In this document: piece after piece, positions 7,379 to 16,447 of the stretch
How the letters are laid out: every line of letters starts with the position of its first letter
How positions within the stretch are numbered: position 1 is the first letter of the stretch
DNA from: a virus
Virus record (IMG/VR): IMGVR_UViG_3300018080_005419
Length of the DNA stretch: 64,000 nt
Reading direction: 5' to 3' (one strand)
The notes under the pieces: model-generated
The model's database searches: none
Seen by the model: only the letters and a program-made list of their open reading frames with translations
Told to the model about the DNA's origin: nothing
Position numbers and translations under genes: made by a program

Positions 7379-9976
7379 TTAATCTAAACTCATCTCTAAA
7401 GCTGTTTCAGGAATTCCAATTAATTGATGTCCTGGCTCTAAGTCCCTAACTGTTGTTTCGTATATTTCTCCTTCCCAGTCTACTTCTACAATATCGTCTT
7501 CCTTTAAACGTATTAATCGACCGTCTTCTAATTTGATGACGGTCGTAGTTTTTTCAATTAGATCTAAAGCGTCTGAAATAATAGAAATCGTTCTTAATCC
7601 AAGAATGTCATATTTAACCAATCCAACTTCCTGAAGTTCTTTTAATGCTAATCCTTCAGTCCAACAAGCAACAACTTCTGCTTCGTCTTTGCCATCTTTT
7701 TTAGTTGTTAATTTTCGTACAGGAATCCATTTAGTAAGATCAACAGATGCTACAATCATACCTGCCGGATGTTTACCTATATTTCTAATTTGACCTCTTA
7801 AAGCTTTACATGCATTACTCATATAAGGATGTGCGTCAATTAGTCCTTTAATTGTTGGCTCTTTTTCTAACAAAGAACCCCAATCCATTTTATCAAGAGC
7901 GTCACCATCACTATCCGGATCATCATCATCTTTATATTTATCGTTCAATCCTTTAGTAATTGCATTTAAAAATCCAGGCTCAATACAAAAAACTCGTCCA
8001 ACATCTTTAATTGCTGTCTTTGTCCAAATTAATTGATAAGATCCAATACTACAAACGTGCTCTTCTCCAAATAATTTTCCCATTGCTTCTTTTACTTCTC
8101 GTCTATATCTTGGATCAACGTCCCAATCAATATCAGGAGGGTCAGATCTAGATTCGTCTAAAAATCGCTCGAAAAGAAGATTATACTTAATAGGATCAAG
8201 TTTTGTAATTTCTAAACAATACGATATTAAAGAACCAGCAGCACTTCCACGGCCAGGACCAGTCAATATCTTATGTTCTTTGCAATATTCAACAATCTTT
8301 CTGAAAATTAAAAAATAATCAGCAAAGTCAAGGTTTTCAATAACAGATAGTTCATGTTCCAATCTTTCTTCATATTTTGATTTGCCTGAAAGTTTAAATT
8401 TATCCATACCTTCTCGACAAAAAGATTTTAAATCAGCATTAGAATTATCACTCATCTTTGGTAATTTAATGGACGTATCAATGTCAAAGTTTTCAATAGA
8501 TCTAGCTAAACTTCTTGTGTCTCGAATAGCTTTCCAAAATATTTCCTCTGTAAAAACATCATCTTCGGGACCATGCATATCTTTCCAAGACTCGTATAAT
8601 TCATCTAATGTCTTAAAGTAGAAATCCTTTCCTTCAAACTCCCATACAGCATCTTCATTCAGAGACTTATCTAAATTACCTTCCCCTTTCATGATTCTAT
8701 CGGCATTTTCATCAAATACAGGAAGACAAGCCTCATATCCATTATCTTCTAAAAATTTACGAGCATATAAAAGACCATCTTGCAATATTGCTTGTTTACT
8801 TTCTAATTCGTTTTCTTCCTTCCATCTATCTGTTTTCGGATCTATTTCAAAACCTTCAGATGTTAATTTGGGCTTCATATATCCAGCAGCAACAGACATG
8901 GCTTTATCAACCATTGTTTTATTGTCTCGTATCATCAACAAAATATCGTGAACTTCTGAGTCTTCTTTTCTTAAATAATGTACATCTGTTGTAATTACAT
9001 ATTTAGCACCAACCCACTCACCAAATGCAATGAGCTTCCTATTAATGTCTATTTGTTCTTCCCATTCAATTAGGTTTAACTCGATATAAAAATCATCAAA
9101 AATGCTCTTATAAAAATCGTATCTCTCTTTTGCTATTTCTAATCTTTTATCCCAGGACACTTTTTCGTCATTTAGGATAGTAGGAATTTCTCCAGCGCCA
9201 CCATCAGTAGAAGTTGCAATGACTCCTTCTCCATGTTCTGCTAAAAAGTCACAATCTGTTCTTGGTTTATAATAGAATCCGTTTAATTCAGCATCGTTTT
9301 GAATTTGAATTATATTGAACCATCCCTTTAAATTTTTAGCCAATAGGATTTGATGAAAATTCCGACGATACTTCAACTTCATTTCGCCATCCATGTCTTT
9401 ATATGTTTCTTTCGGCAATTTTCTATATTGATTTAAATAAGCTTCAACTCCAAAGACGGGTTTCATTCCCAATTTTTTAGCCAGAATATATTGTTTTACC
9501 CATCCTCCAAGCGAACCATGATTTGTTGCTGTAAGATAAGTCCATCCCCTTTCCATCATTAGGTCTGCTCTTTTTTGTGCTGTTCCTAATCCATCACGCA
9601 AACTATATTCGTCATGTAAATGGAAATGAGCAAAATCTTCTAATGCTACCCTCTCAATAGTAGACAAAGTATCGTCGTCAATTTCGTCATCAATTCGAAC
9701 TGTTAAGTAATCCTTTATAGTTGGAGGATTGTCGCAATGGGAAAAGATTACAAGATTCGGATTGCAAATTTCTAATTCTTCTTGGAGAATTTCGGCATAA
9801 TTTTCATGATCCTTCAAGGTCACAAAAATGCACTGTTCTTTATCCAGATCAAGTCGTTCAAGGGTATAATCACAGTATTCTTGAGATGGTTCACTTTCTG
9901 TAACTATAACAAAATTATAGGACTTACGCTGAGGAGTTACAGGTTCAATATCTGGCAAATCAAGATAGGTAGGCAT
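7379..9976 (-). CDS. dnaE: DNA polymerase III alpha (family C), N-terminal fragment (N-extension, PHP, palm) with a 56-aa non-DnaE tail
   Basis: HFHLHDEYSLRDG, TNHGS, FGVEAY, ITTDVHY, GPGRGSAAGS, PPDIDWD, KHPAG, LVKYDILGLRT. Confidence 0.93.
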   Translation of the reverse strand: MPTYLDLPDIEPVTPQRKSYNFVIVTESEPSQEYCDYTLERLDLDKEQCIFVTLKDHENYAEILQEELEICNPNLVIFSHCDNPPTIKDYLTVRIDDEIDDDTLSTIERVALEDFAHFHLHDEYSLRDGLGTAQKRADLMMERGWTYLTATNHGSLGGWVKQYILAKKLGMKPVFGVEAYLNQYRKLPKETYKDMDGEMKLKYRRNFHQILLAKNLKGWFNIIQIQNDAELNGFYYKPRTDCDFLAEHGEGVIATSTDGGAGEIPTILNDEKVSWDKRLEIAKERYDFYKSIFDDFYIELNLIEWEEQIDINRKLIAFGEWVGAKYVITTDVHYLRKEDSEVHDILLMIRDNKTMVDKAMSVAAGYMKPKLTSEGFEIDPKTDRWKEENELESKQAILQDGLLYARKFLEDNGYEACLPVFDENADRIMKGEGNLDKSLNEDAVWEFEGKDFYFKTLDELYESWKDMHGPEDDVFTEEIFWKAIRDTRSLARSIENFDIDTSIKLPKMSDNSNADLKSFCREGMDKFKLSGKSKYEERLEHELSVIENLDFADYFLIFRKIVEYCKEHKILTGPGRGSAAGSLISYCLEITKLDPIKYNLLFERFLDESRSDPPDIDWDVDPRYRREVKEAMGKLFGEEHVCSIGSYQLIWTKTAIKDVGRVFCIEPGFLNAITKGLNDKYKDDDDPDSDGDALDKMDWGSLLEKEPTIKGLIDAHPYMSNACKALRGQIRNIGKHPAGMIVASVDLTKWIPVRKLTTKKDGKDEAEVVACWTEGLALKELQEVGLVKYDILGLRTISIISDALDLIEKTTTVIKLEDGRLIRLKEDDIVEVDWEGEIYETTVRDLEPGHQLIGIPETALEMSLD

Positions 9977-10100
9977 ATGTGTATCTTCTCCTTTCGTATA
10001 TCTTCTTTTATTCTACCTTTAGATCAAGAAAAAACTTCTATATTTCTTTATATTTTAGCCGTTTATGTAAGACGATTACTTTCTATAAGGAGTGAACACA

Positions 10101-11660
10101 ATGAATATTACTGGTGGACAGCTTAGGCTTCTCACAAAGGTTCTCCCAAGATTAAAGTTTGCTACAGTAGTCGGGCTTTCTCAATTTTTAGGGTTTGATC
10201 TTAATGGTTTGCTTAGTATCCGAACAGCAGGTAGAACCGCAGCTGTTGAGGATGAAGAAGCAAGAGAACAAGAAGACGTTGCACTAGAAGATATTATGGA
10301 GGGAAAAAGAGAGGAAGAAGAAACCCCCGCCAAAGATTATATTGAAGATCACTCAGATCCTACTATTGCTGCTTTTAATTCATATGTTGAAAATGATCTT
10401 GTTCGTAAAAAATATTTCCCAGATACAAAATTAAAACTACAAAAAGCCCTCGCAAATAATCCGAATGCCAACGAAATTATGCAAAAATTAAGTAGTCCTG
10501 AATTTACCAAATCAAGCAAAAAGCATACTGATATTAAAAAGGATGTCAGATCATATGCAAAGGAAGTTGGATTAACCGGGACAGAGATTGATTTAGCAGA
10601 TTCATATGTTTCACTACAAAGAATTCTTAACGGTAAATTTAGAACAGATTTTAAATCAATTATTATGAATCATGCTAAAAAAATAGTAAGTGCAAAAGTT
10701 CTTGAATCTTTAGAAGATGCTGTTGGTTGGATTATTACTGCTATAATACAAGGTCGAAAGATTCTGAACAAAAGTTTTTTACAGGGAGAGAGCGATCCCG
10801 AAAAGAGTTATTCATTAGAAGAACAAATTGATTTAAAGTATTTCGGAGAAGGAAAATACGTAGGTGCTCAAAGCATTATTGAAACACTTACACATCTTTC
10901 AAGGACAACAGCTGGAAATACTATAAAACTACTTAAAGGTGAAGAACATAGCAGTATACATGAGAGTGTAGGAGATGAAGAAGATTCTACAATGGGAGAT
11001 TTAATACGCGATAAAAGAACTGAAAGTCCTGATGAAGCTGAAATGAGAAGAGAAGTTAAAAAGATATTAGAAGAAGTTGTTAAAGAAAATGCAAAATCTA
11101 AAGAAGAAGCAGATACGATTTTATGGGCAATGGATTATGCTGAAAAGGCTCCCATTGAAAGAAAGGGAACCGGAGAAGGCGTAGGACTAGAAAGTACTTC
11201 ATATTATACTTCAGATCCAAAAGCATGGGAAGAAATTGGCATTATGTCGCAAAATGATTATAATAACCGAATAAGAGGTCCCATGCAAAGACTAAGACCG
11301 TTGATTGATGCACGTTTACGAAGCGAAATGGGAATTAGAATTTCATCTATTCTCAGTCAACAATTGTTAATTCGTGCAGCTGGAGGAGGCAAATTAAAAT
11401 TAGCATCTAAGATTTCTAACGTATCACCTTGGAGAAATTTTGGCAACGTTAAGGTATACGAAGCTGGCAAACCACAATTTGCTCACGAATTTTATTGGGA
11501 AATTGACGGTAACAAGGTTAAAATAGCAGATGTGCAGGATGTTGACGAAGAACATATCGATGAAGCATATCAGTCAGCACTGCAAGCTGTTCAACAAGAA
11601 GCATTTCGATCTAATTTAGAAGAAAAAGAGAAAAATAGTGTTGAAGGAAATATGGGCTAA
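10101..11660 (+). CDS. Large divergent sigma-70-like protein
   Basis: ATG at 10101 follows AAGGAG. SIHESVGDEEDSTMGDLIRDKRTESPDEAEMRREVKKILEEV closely matches sigma-70 region 3.2. Weaker region-2-like (LEDAVGWIITAI) and region-4-like (WEEIGI...RGPMQRLR) segments are present. Confidence 0.55.
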   Translation: MNITGGQLRLLTKVLPRLKFATVVGLSQFLGFDLNGLLSIRTAGRTAAVEDEEAREQEDVALEDIMEGKREEEETPAKDYIEDHSDPTIAAFNSYVENDLVRKKYFPDTKLKLQKALANNPNANEIMQKLSSPEFTKSSKKHTDIKKDVRSYAKEVGLTGTEIDLADSYVSLQRILNGKFRTDFKSIIMNHAKKIVSAKVLESLEDAVGWIITAIIQGRKILNKSFLQGESDPEKSYSLEEQIDLKYFGEGKYVGAQSIIETLTHLSRTTAGNTIKLLKGEEHSSIHESVGDEEDSTMGDLIRDKRTESPDEAEMRREVKKILEEVVKENAKSKEEADTILWAMDYAEKAPIERKGTGEGVGLESTSYYTSDPKAWEEIGIMSQNDYNNRIRGPMQRLRPLIDARLRSEMGIRISSILSQQLLIRAAGGGKLKLASKISNVSPWRNFGNVKVYEAGKPQFAHEFYWEIDGNKVKIADVQDVDEEHIDEAYQSALQAVQQEAFRSNLEEKEKNSVEGNMG

Positions 11661-12057
11661 GCTTTTTGGTAGCAAAGAAAAAGAAGCTACATTAAATATC
11701 AATCTCAATATTAAAGTGAAAGACCTCGACAGATTTGTCGAGGTTCTTTCAAAAATATCTCATAACTCGAATAACAACTTCAATAATAGGGATATAATAG
11801 AAGAAAGAGAAGTCAATAATAAAAATCAATCTGAGGAAAGACAAATTATTAATAAACCCATATCTGAAAAGAAAAAACATTTAAGTGAGGATCCTATTAC
11901 AGCAAAAGATGTAGCTGAAATATTTAATTCAACTGGCATCCAAAAAGGAGTTGATAAAACAGGATCTGACCTTTATAGTCACTCAAAAGGATCTAGTACA
12001 GATAACCAAGTTTCATCTTTAAAGAAACTCAAGAAAAAAGGAAATCAAAATGGTTAA
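11638..12057 (+). CDS. Hypothetical protein with putative N-terminal amphipathic helix
   Basis: Starts MLKEIWAKLFGSK and overlaps both neighbours, suggesting translational coupling. Confidence 0.7.
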   Translation: MLKEIWAKLFGSKEKEATLNINLNIKVKDLDRFVEVLSKISHNSNNNFNNRDIIEEREVNNKNQSEERQIINKPISEKKKHLSEDPITAKDVAEIFNSTGIQKGVDKTGSDLYSHSKGSSTDNQVSSLKKLKKKGNQNG

Positions 12058-13210
12058 AGAGAAAAAAGAAATTGCAGAAGTTCAAGACATTACAGATGAA
12101 GTTTTAAAGGCTGCTGAAAAACCAATTCAAAGAAAAGCTGTTACTGATGAAAATACAAAATATGGTGTTGGTCTAGATGTAGGAACAGCATTTGTTGTAG
12201 GTTCACGTCAAATCGATGATAAGGTTGAATTCAGATCGATCCGAAATGCTTATTATGCAATGCCCCCAAATCCGGTTATGCAAAAATTATTAACTGACGC
12301 AAGTAAAAAAGACAATGATTCTGAAAATGATCATGGTGGAACGGGTTATCTAGAAATGAATGGCGAAATTATTGTTATTGGAGAAAAAGCTTTAGCCTAT
12401 GCTGCAAGTAATCATTCTAATACTCGTAGACCAATGCAAAAAGGTGTTCTTTCACCCGATGACAATGCGGAAGCAATCATGTCTGTTCTGGTACAAAAGG
12501 CATTAGGAGAACCAAAAAAGAAAAATGAAGTTTGTCGTTTTTCTGTTCCTGCTGAGCCTTTTGATGACAAAGATATCGACATTATTTTCCATGAAGGTAT
12601 GGTTTCGGCTATTCTTGAAGATCTGGGTTATTCTGCACAAGCTATTAATGAAGGTGAAGCAATCTGTTATAGTGAATTGTCATCGGAAGAAGATCGTTTG
12701 ACTGGTGGCGCTTTTTCTCTTGGTGGCGGACAAAGCAACGGTTGTATTATGTTTGAAGGTCGTCCTGTGATTAGCTTCAGTGTTGCTCGTGGTGGTGACT
12801 GGATAGATGAAAAGAGCTTCAAGCATGCAAGAATGCAAAGTGCTGCCGAAATGACCTATTTTAAAGAGAATAATAAAGTTGATCTAATAAGTCCTAAAGG
12901 TTGCACAGATAATGATAGAGCAGCAGCAGCATTAGCTATGTATTATCGTTATCATATTCGATCTCTAGTTGAAGCTGTATCTGATCTGATCTCTAAAGAA
13001 AAAGTAGTGCCGACATTTGATAAACCAATTAAGTGGGTTGTTGGTGGTGGAACTTCGAGGGCAGTAAACTGTGTTCAAATGATAAAAGACGAGTTTTCTA
13101 AACAAAAATTGCCATTTGTCTTAGAAGATGTTGTCCAGGCAGAAAATCCAATGACATCTGTTTCAAATGGATGTTTGATTGCTGCAAGGCTGGATGAAGA
13201 TGAAGAATAA
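12050..13210 (+). CDS. Actin-like ATPase (MreB/ParM/FtsA superfamily)
   Basis: Phosphate-1 GLDVGT, connect-1 INEGEA, phosphate-2-like SLGGGQS, GGDWID, adenosine VVGGGTS, connect-2 NPMTSVSNG. Confidence 0.8.
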   Translation: MVKEKKEIAEVQDITDEVLKAAEKPIQRKAVTDENTKYGVGLDVGTAFVVGSRQIDDKVEFRSIRNAYYAMPPNPVMQKLLTDASKKDNDSENDHGGTGYLEMNGEIIVIGEKALAYAASNHSNTRRPMQKGVLSPDDNAEAIMSVLVQKALGEPKKKNEVCRFSVPAEPFDDKDIDIIFHEGMVSAILEDLGYSAQAINEGEAICYSELSSEEDRLTGGAFSLGGGQSNGCIMFEGRPVISFSVARGGDWIDEKSFKHARMQSAAEMTYFKENNKVDLISPKGCTDNDRAAAALAMYYRYHIRSLVEAVSDLISKEKVVPTFDKPIKWVVGGGTSRAVNCVQMIKDEFSKQKLPFVLEDVVQAENPMTSVSNGCLIAARLDEDEE

Positions 13211-13358
13211 ACAACAGCCAATAAAAGGCATTAATTTAGATTTACTTAAAAAGAAATTGCAAGATGCAGAGGATGACGAAAACGATTATCCTTCCTCTTC
13301 TTTGATTTTAAAGCTCGTCAGAGGAATTAAGCCGCATGCCAAACAACGTGAGCGGTGA
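13200..13358 (+). CDS. Putative 52-aa small protein
   Basis: Manual translation gives MKNKQQPIKGINLDLLKKKLQDAEDDENDYPSSSLILKLVRGIKPHAKQRER. It overlaps the end of the actin-like gene and fills the gap to the next gene. Confidence 0.45.
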   Translation: MKNKQQPIKGINLDLLKKKLQDAEDDENDYPSSSLILKLVRGIKPHAKQRER

Positions 13359-14007
13359 GGACTATGACGAAGATATAACCATAGAACTTGCTCAATATAC
13401 TGAACCTGCCCTTAGCTCTGCATTGATGATTCGTCGCAGACTTGATTCAACTAATAAGAAAAACTTTAATCAAGACAGTTTTAATAAAAAATTTCCAGGC
13501 CAAAGAAATTTAGATATTGGTTGCGGGAACTGTGTAGAAAAAGGCTGGATTCGTTTAGATTGCAATGAAAGATATAAACCAGATTTATTAATGGATGCAC
13601 ATAATATTTTATTAGGAAATAATTGTATAGATTTAGCCAGAATGCATTATGTTCTAGGATATGTAATAGAGCCGTCTAAAGTATTGTCAGAAGTATGGAG
13701 AATCTTAAAACCGAATTCATTATTGTATCTAGTAAATGGCGCTCCTGCATCTGATATTCAACTAATGCCAGGAGTTCGTCACTCTTTTCCTAAACTTTTT
13801 TGGGAAGATGTTAATAAAAATAATCCAAGACTCTATATTCCTGAAGATTCAAAAGGAAAATGGGAATTAGAAGATGAGAGATACGATTGGTCGCAAACCG
13901 CAAACAAACTCGCATCAAAATTAAAACTAACAAGAGAATTGGTCGTTACTACATTCAGAAATGTAGTAAGTAAGCAATATATAACTCTTCGAAAAATTTC
14001 AAAATAG
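13336..14007 (+). CDS. Class I SAM-dependent methyltransferase-like protein
   Basis: Motif I LDIGCG, GWIRLD, MDAH, VLSEVWRILKP. The true start may be downstream. Confidence 0.75.
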   Translation: MPNNVSGEDYDEDITIELAQYTEPALSSALMIRRRLDSTNKKNFNQDSFNKKFPGQRNLDIGCGNCVEKGWIRLDCNERYKPDLLMDAHNILLGNNCIDLARMHYVLGYVIEPSKVLSEVWRILKPNSLLYLVNGAPASDIQLMPGVRHSFPKLFWEDVNKNNPRLYIPEDSKGKWELEDERYDWSQTANKLASKLKLTRELVVTTFRNVVSKQYITLRKISK

Positions 14008-14009
14008 AA

Positions 14010-14192
14010 TTAAACAAAACCACTTTCAGCATCAAGAAATTTTTGATTTTGTTTCATAATCATATCTACAGTTTCTTTGTCAATGTTTAAATATTTTATC
14101 ATTAACTCTCTGGTTTTAGGACTTTGTCTTGGTATTACACTCATTAACAATTTTAACTGACCTTTTGAAAGACTATTTTTGTTAATATCCAT
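14010..14192 (-). CDS. 60-aa protein homologous to the N-terminus of the 10101 sigma-like protein
   Basis: GQLKLLMSVIPRQSPKTRELMIKYLNID aligns with GQLRLLTKVLPRLKFATVVGLSQFLGFD. AGGAG RBS. Confidence 0.7.
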   Translation of the reverse strand: MDINKNSLSKGQLKLLMSVIPRQSPKTRELMIKYLNIDKETVDMIMKQNQKFLDAESGFV

Positions 14193-14244
14193 TTTATTTT
14201 CCTCCTTATTACAACATAATAAATCATCTTTCGCCTATATATAC

Positions 14245-14274
14245 AAAACCCCACAATAAAATTTGTGAGGTTTT
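14245..14274. terminator. Probable bidirectional intrinsic terminator
   Basis: aaaaccccacaa...ttgtgaggtttt hairpin, with A-rich left flank and T-rich right flank on the plus strand. Confidence 0.55.
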
Positions 14275-14307
14275 TTATTTTTTAATAAAGATTTTTGTTA
14301 GATGAAA

Positions 14308-14763
14308 TCAAGGTTGGACGATTTTGCTCGTATCTCCTTGAGGAACAATAATTTGTGATTGTTGTTCTCTTTGTTGCTGCTTTGCTTTTTCTTGTTCTAT
14401 TGCTATTCTTTGCCTTGTTTTATCAAGTTCTTTATCCATTATTGTATCAAATTTGTCTATAGCTTCTCTGGCATTTTTAATACCAGTCATTTGGAAGCTA
14501 TATGGTGTTAGTTGACCCATTGCCATTACGTGAGTTTTGCCAATGAACTTTCGAGGTTTATCTTTATCAATTGAAATTTTACCAGATTGAGAAATACTTA
14601 TAGGTACTAACATATCAATAGCAACCAATTGGCTATCTGTAATACACTCTAACTTATACAATTGACGATCTGACGTAGAAATACGGCTAATGTCTTCTTT
14701 TGGTTGTTCTTCTTTCTTTTCTTCTTCTTGTTTCTTGTCATCTTCTTTTCTTTCTTCTTCCAT
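14308..14763 (-). CDS. Hypothetical protein
   Basis: 151-aa ORF with charged termini. No family recognised. Confidence 0.7.
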   Translation of the reverse strand: MEEERKEDDKKQEEEKKEEQPKEDISRISTSDRQLYKLECITDSQLVAIDMLVPISISQSGKISIDKDKPRKFIGKTHVMAMGQLTPYSFQMTGIKNAREAIDKFDTIMDKELDKTRQRIAIEQEKAKQQQREQQSQIIVPQGDTSKIVQP

Positions 14764-14781
14764 TGCTTTCCCTTTCTTGGT

Positions 14782-15936
14782 TTAATTCCCAGCTACAACA
14801 TGAAATATTCTATGAAAAATAGAAATCTTTAAAGCATCCCACATTTTATCTCTAATTTCTGACGGCACATCGGAAACTTTAAATATTCCTAAAGGCACAG
14901 TAGCTCCAGCAGATCCCATTTTTCCGCCGCCATGTTGTTTACCAAAAACAGCTTTGGCAAACCCATTAACATCTAGAGAGGTATTAGCAGATCTTATACT
15001 AGCAACAAGATTATCAGATACTATACCAAAAACAACAGCAGTTTCAATACCTTCCATACGAACTACTTTATCTGCTAACATAGGTATTGCATCTCGTTTA
15101 GCAGCAGTGGTTATCCCAATACACCCGACTAAACATGACCCTTTAGATTTTTGATTAACGAAATTGCCCTCATGATCTACCTTATTTATCTCTCTTTCCG
15201 CTTCAAAAAAATAACTAGGAAGAGGATAATCAATAATACCAGCAAGTTTTTTACGATTAACAAAATTTGCTAATTCTTTAAATGCATCAAAATCTTTATC
15301 CGTGGTGTTTTCGCTTATCATATCTTGAGTATCAATTCGAATACCTAAGAATAATGCCGTTGCTACATCTTGATCTATTTCTTCTTCGAATTCAATCTGT
15401 AATTCTTTTATCAGTTCCCATATCAAAGTTGATGTAGACCCTATTGGTTCGATCCATGACAATTCTGCATTACTAGTAACTCTATGATGATCAATAACAA
15501 GGTTTGGATTTTCAGAAGCAGAGTTCTTTTCAGTGCAATCAAGACAAATTTGAATATTAAACTCATCGTTTATTTCTTCAGTCTTATGTAAACGAATATC
15601 TAAAATATTTACCATTGTTTTGTTTTGAGGATGGCTTATATCTCCATCATAATATATGTTTGATACTAATGCATGTTTTTTAGCCAAAAGCCATTGTAAT
15701 GCTCTTGCCGAACCAATAGCGTCTGGATCTGGTGCGTTATGAATTATAATTGCAACTTTATTGGGTGGTTTTTCCTTGTCTTCATTTATAGCAATGTTTT
15801 CCAAAAATTCAGAAACATCATTTATAATCCCACGTTGTTCTTCTAGGGTTTCTTTGGGAGAAATATCATTTTGATTTTCTTCTATCAATAAATCTTTAGA
15901 AATAATCTGACTAGTCTTTTTTGGATTAGAAGTCAA
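14782..15936 (-). CDS. DHH/DHHA1 phosphoesterase (NrnA-like)
   Basis: HNAPDPDAIGS, CLDC, VIDHH, IRIDT, SIRS and GGGKMGSAG. TTG start after GGAGG. Confidence 0.85.
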   Translation of the reverse strand: MTSNPKKTSQIISKDLLIEENQNDISPKETLEEQRGIINDVSEFLENIAINEDKEKPPNKVAIIIHNAPDPDAIGSARALQWLLAKKHALVSNIYYDGDISHPQNKTMVNILDIRLHKTEEINDEFNIQICLDCTEKNSASENPNLVIDHHRVTSNAELSWIEPIGSTSTLIWELIKELQIEFEEEIDQDVATALFLGIRIDTQDMISENTTDKDFDAFKELANFVNRKKLAGIIDYPLPSYFFEAEREINKVDHEGNFVNQKSKGSCLVGCIGITTAAKRDAIPMLADKVVRMEGIETAVVFGIVSDNLVASIRSANTSLDVNGFAKAVFGKQHGGGKMGSAGATVPLGIFKVSDVPSEIRDKMWDALKISIFHRIFHVVAGN

Positions 15937-15957
15937 TATTTATTCCTCCAAATATAA

Positions 15958-15983
15958 AACCATGAGACTTTTATCTCATGGTT
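15958..15983 (-). terminator. Intrinsic terminator
   Basis: Perfect aaccatgaga/tctcatggtt stem followed by a T-rich tract on the minus strand. Confidence 0.6.
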
Positions 15984-16014
15984 GTTATTATATCTTCATT
16001 TTGTAGAAAAGTCG

Positions 16015-16431
16015 CTAGTTTATTATATTTTTTATGTGCATAGGTATCTCATGGGAAGAAAAATTAGCACATTTTTTATCTGGATTTTCTGGATTCGGAA
16101 GCGGAATCTCCTTATGACCATAAAAAGAACATTCTCCGTCTTCATTGAACAAACATTCTGAACATTGAGAACATAGCTTTAAATAAGCATTATACCACCT
16201 CATCAGATAATTTGTTCTTTTCTTAATTATTTTTTCTAATCTACGAATGGTCAAATTAAGCTTCTTTGCTTCCTTTTCATTCACTAAATTATTTTCTAGA
16301 AGATGATTCAAAAGAGATTTAGAAGCTATATGTTGAAATATCAAATCATCCAGTAATCCACAATCTTTCCCAAATTTTCTTTGAAGAAGTTGGCGAGCTA
16401 AACCAATAGGAATGTCTTGTTGTGTATTCAT
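16015..16431 (-). CDS. Hypothetical protein with C-terminal Cys cluster
   Basis: CSQCSECLF...GECSFY...KKCANF. Confidence 0.65.
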   Translation of the reverse strand: MNTQQDIPIGLARQLLQRKFGKDCGLLDDLIFQHIASKSLLNHLLENNLVNEKEAKKLNLTIRRLEKIIKKRTNYLMRWYNAYLKLCSQCSECLFNEDGECSFYGHKEIPLPNPENPDKKCANFSSHEIPMHIKNIIN

Positions 16432-16447
16432 AGTTATACTCTTTTCT

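Noticed and set aside
7000-7560. Functional cyanobacterial-type split DnaE intein
   Set aside because: There is no Cys/Ser block A at the N-junction, no TxxH, and no terminal HN plus Cys/Ser/Thr on the C-half. The GYGFNLSH motif is intact.
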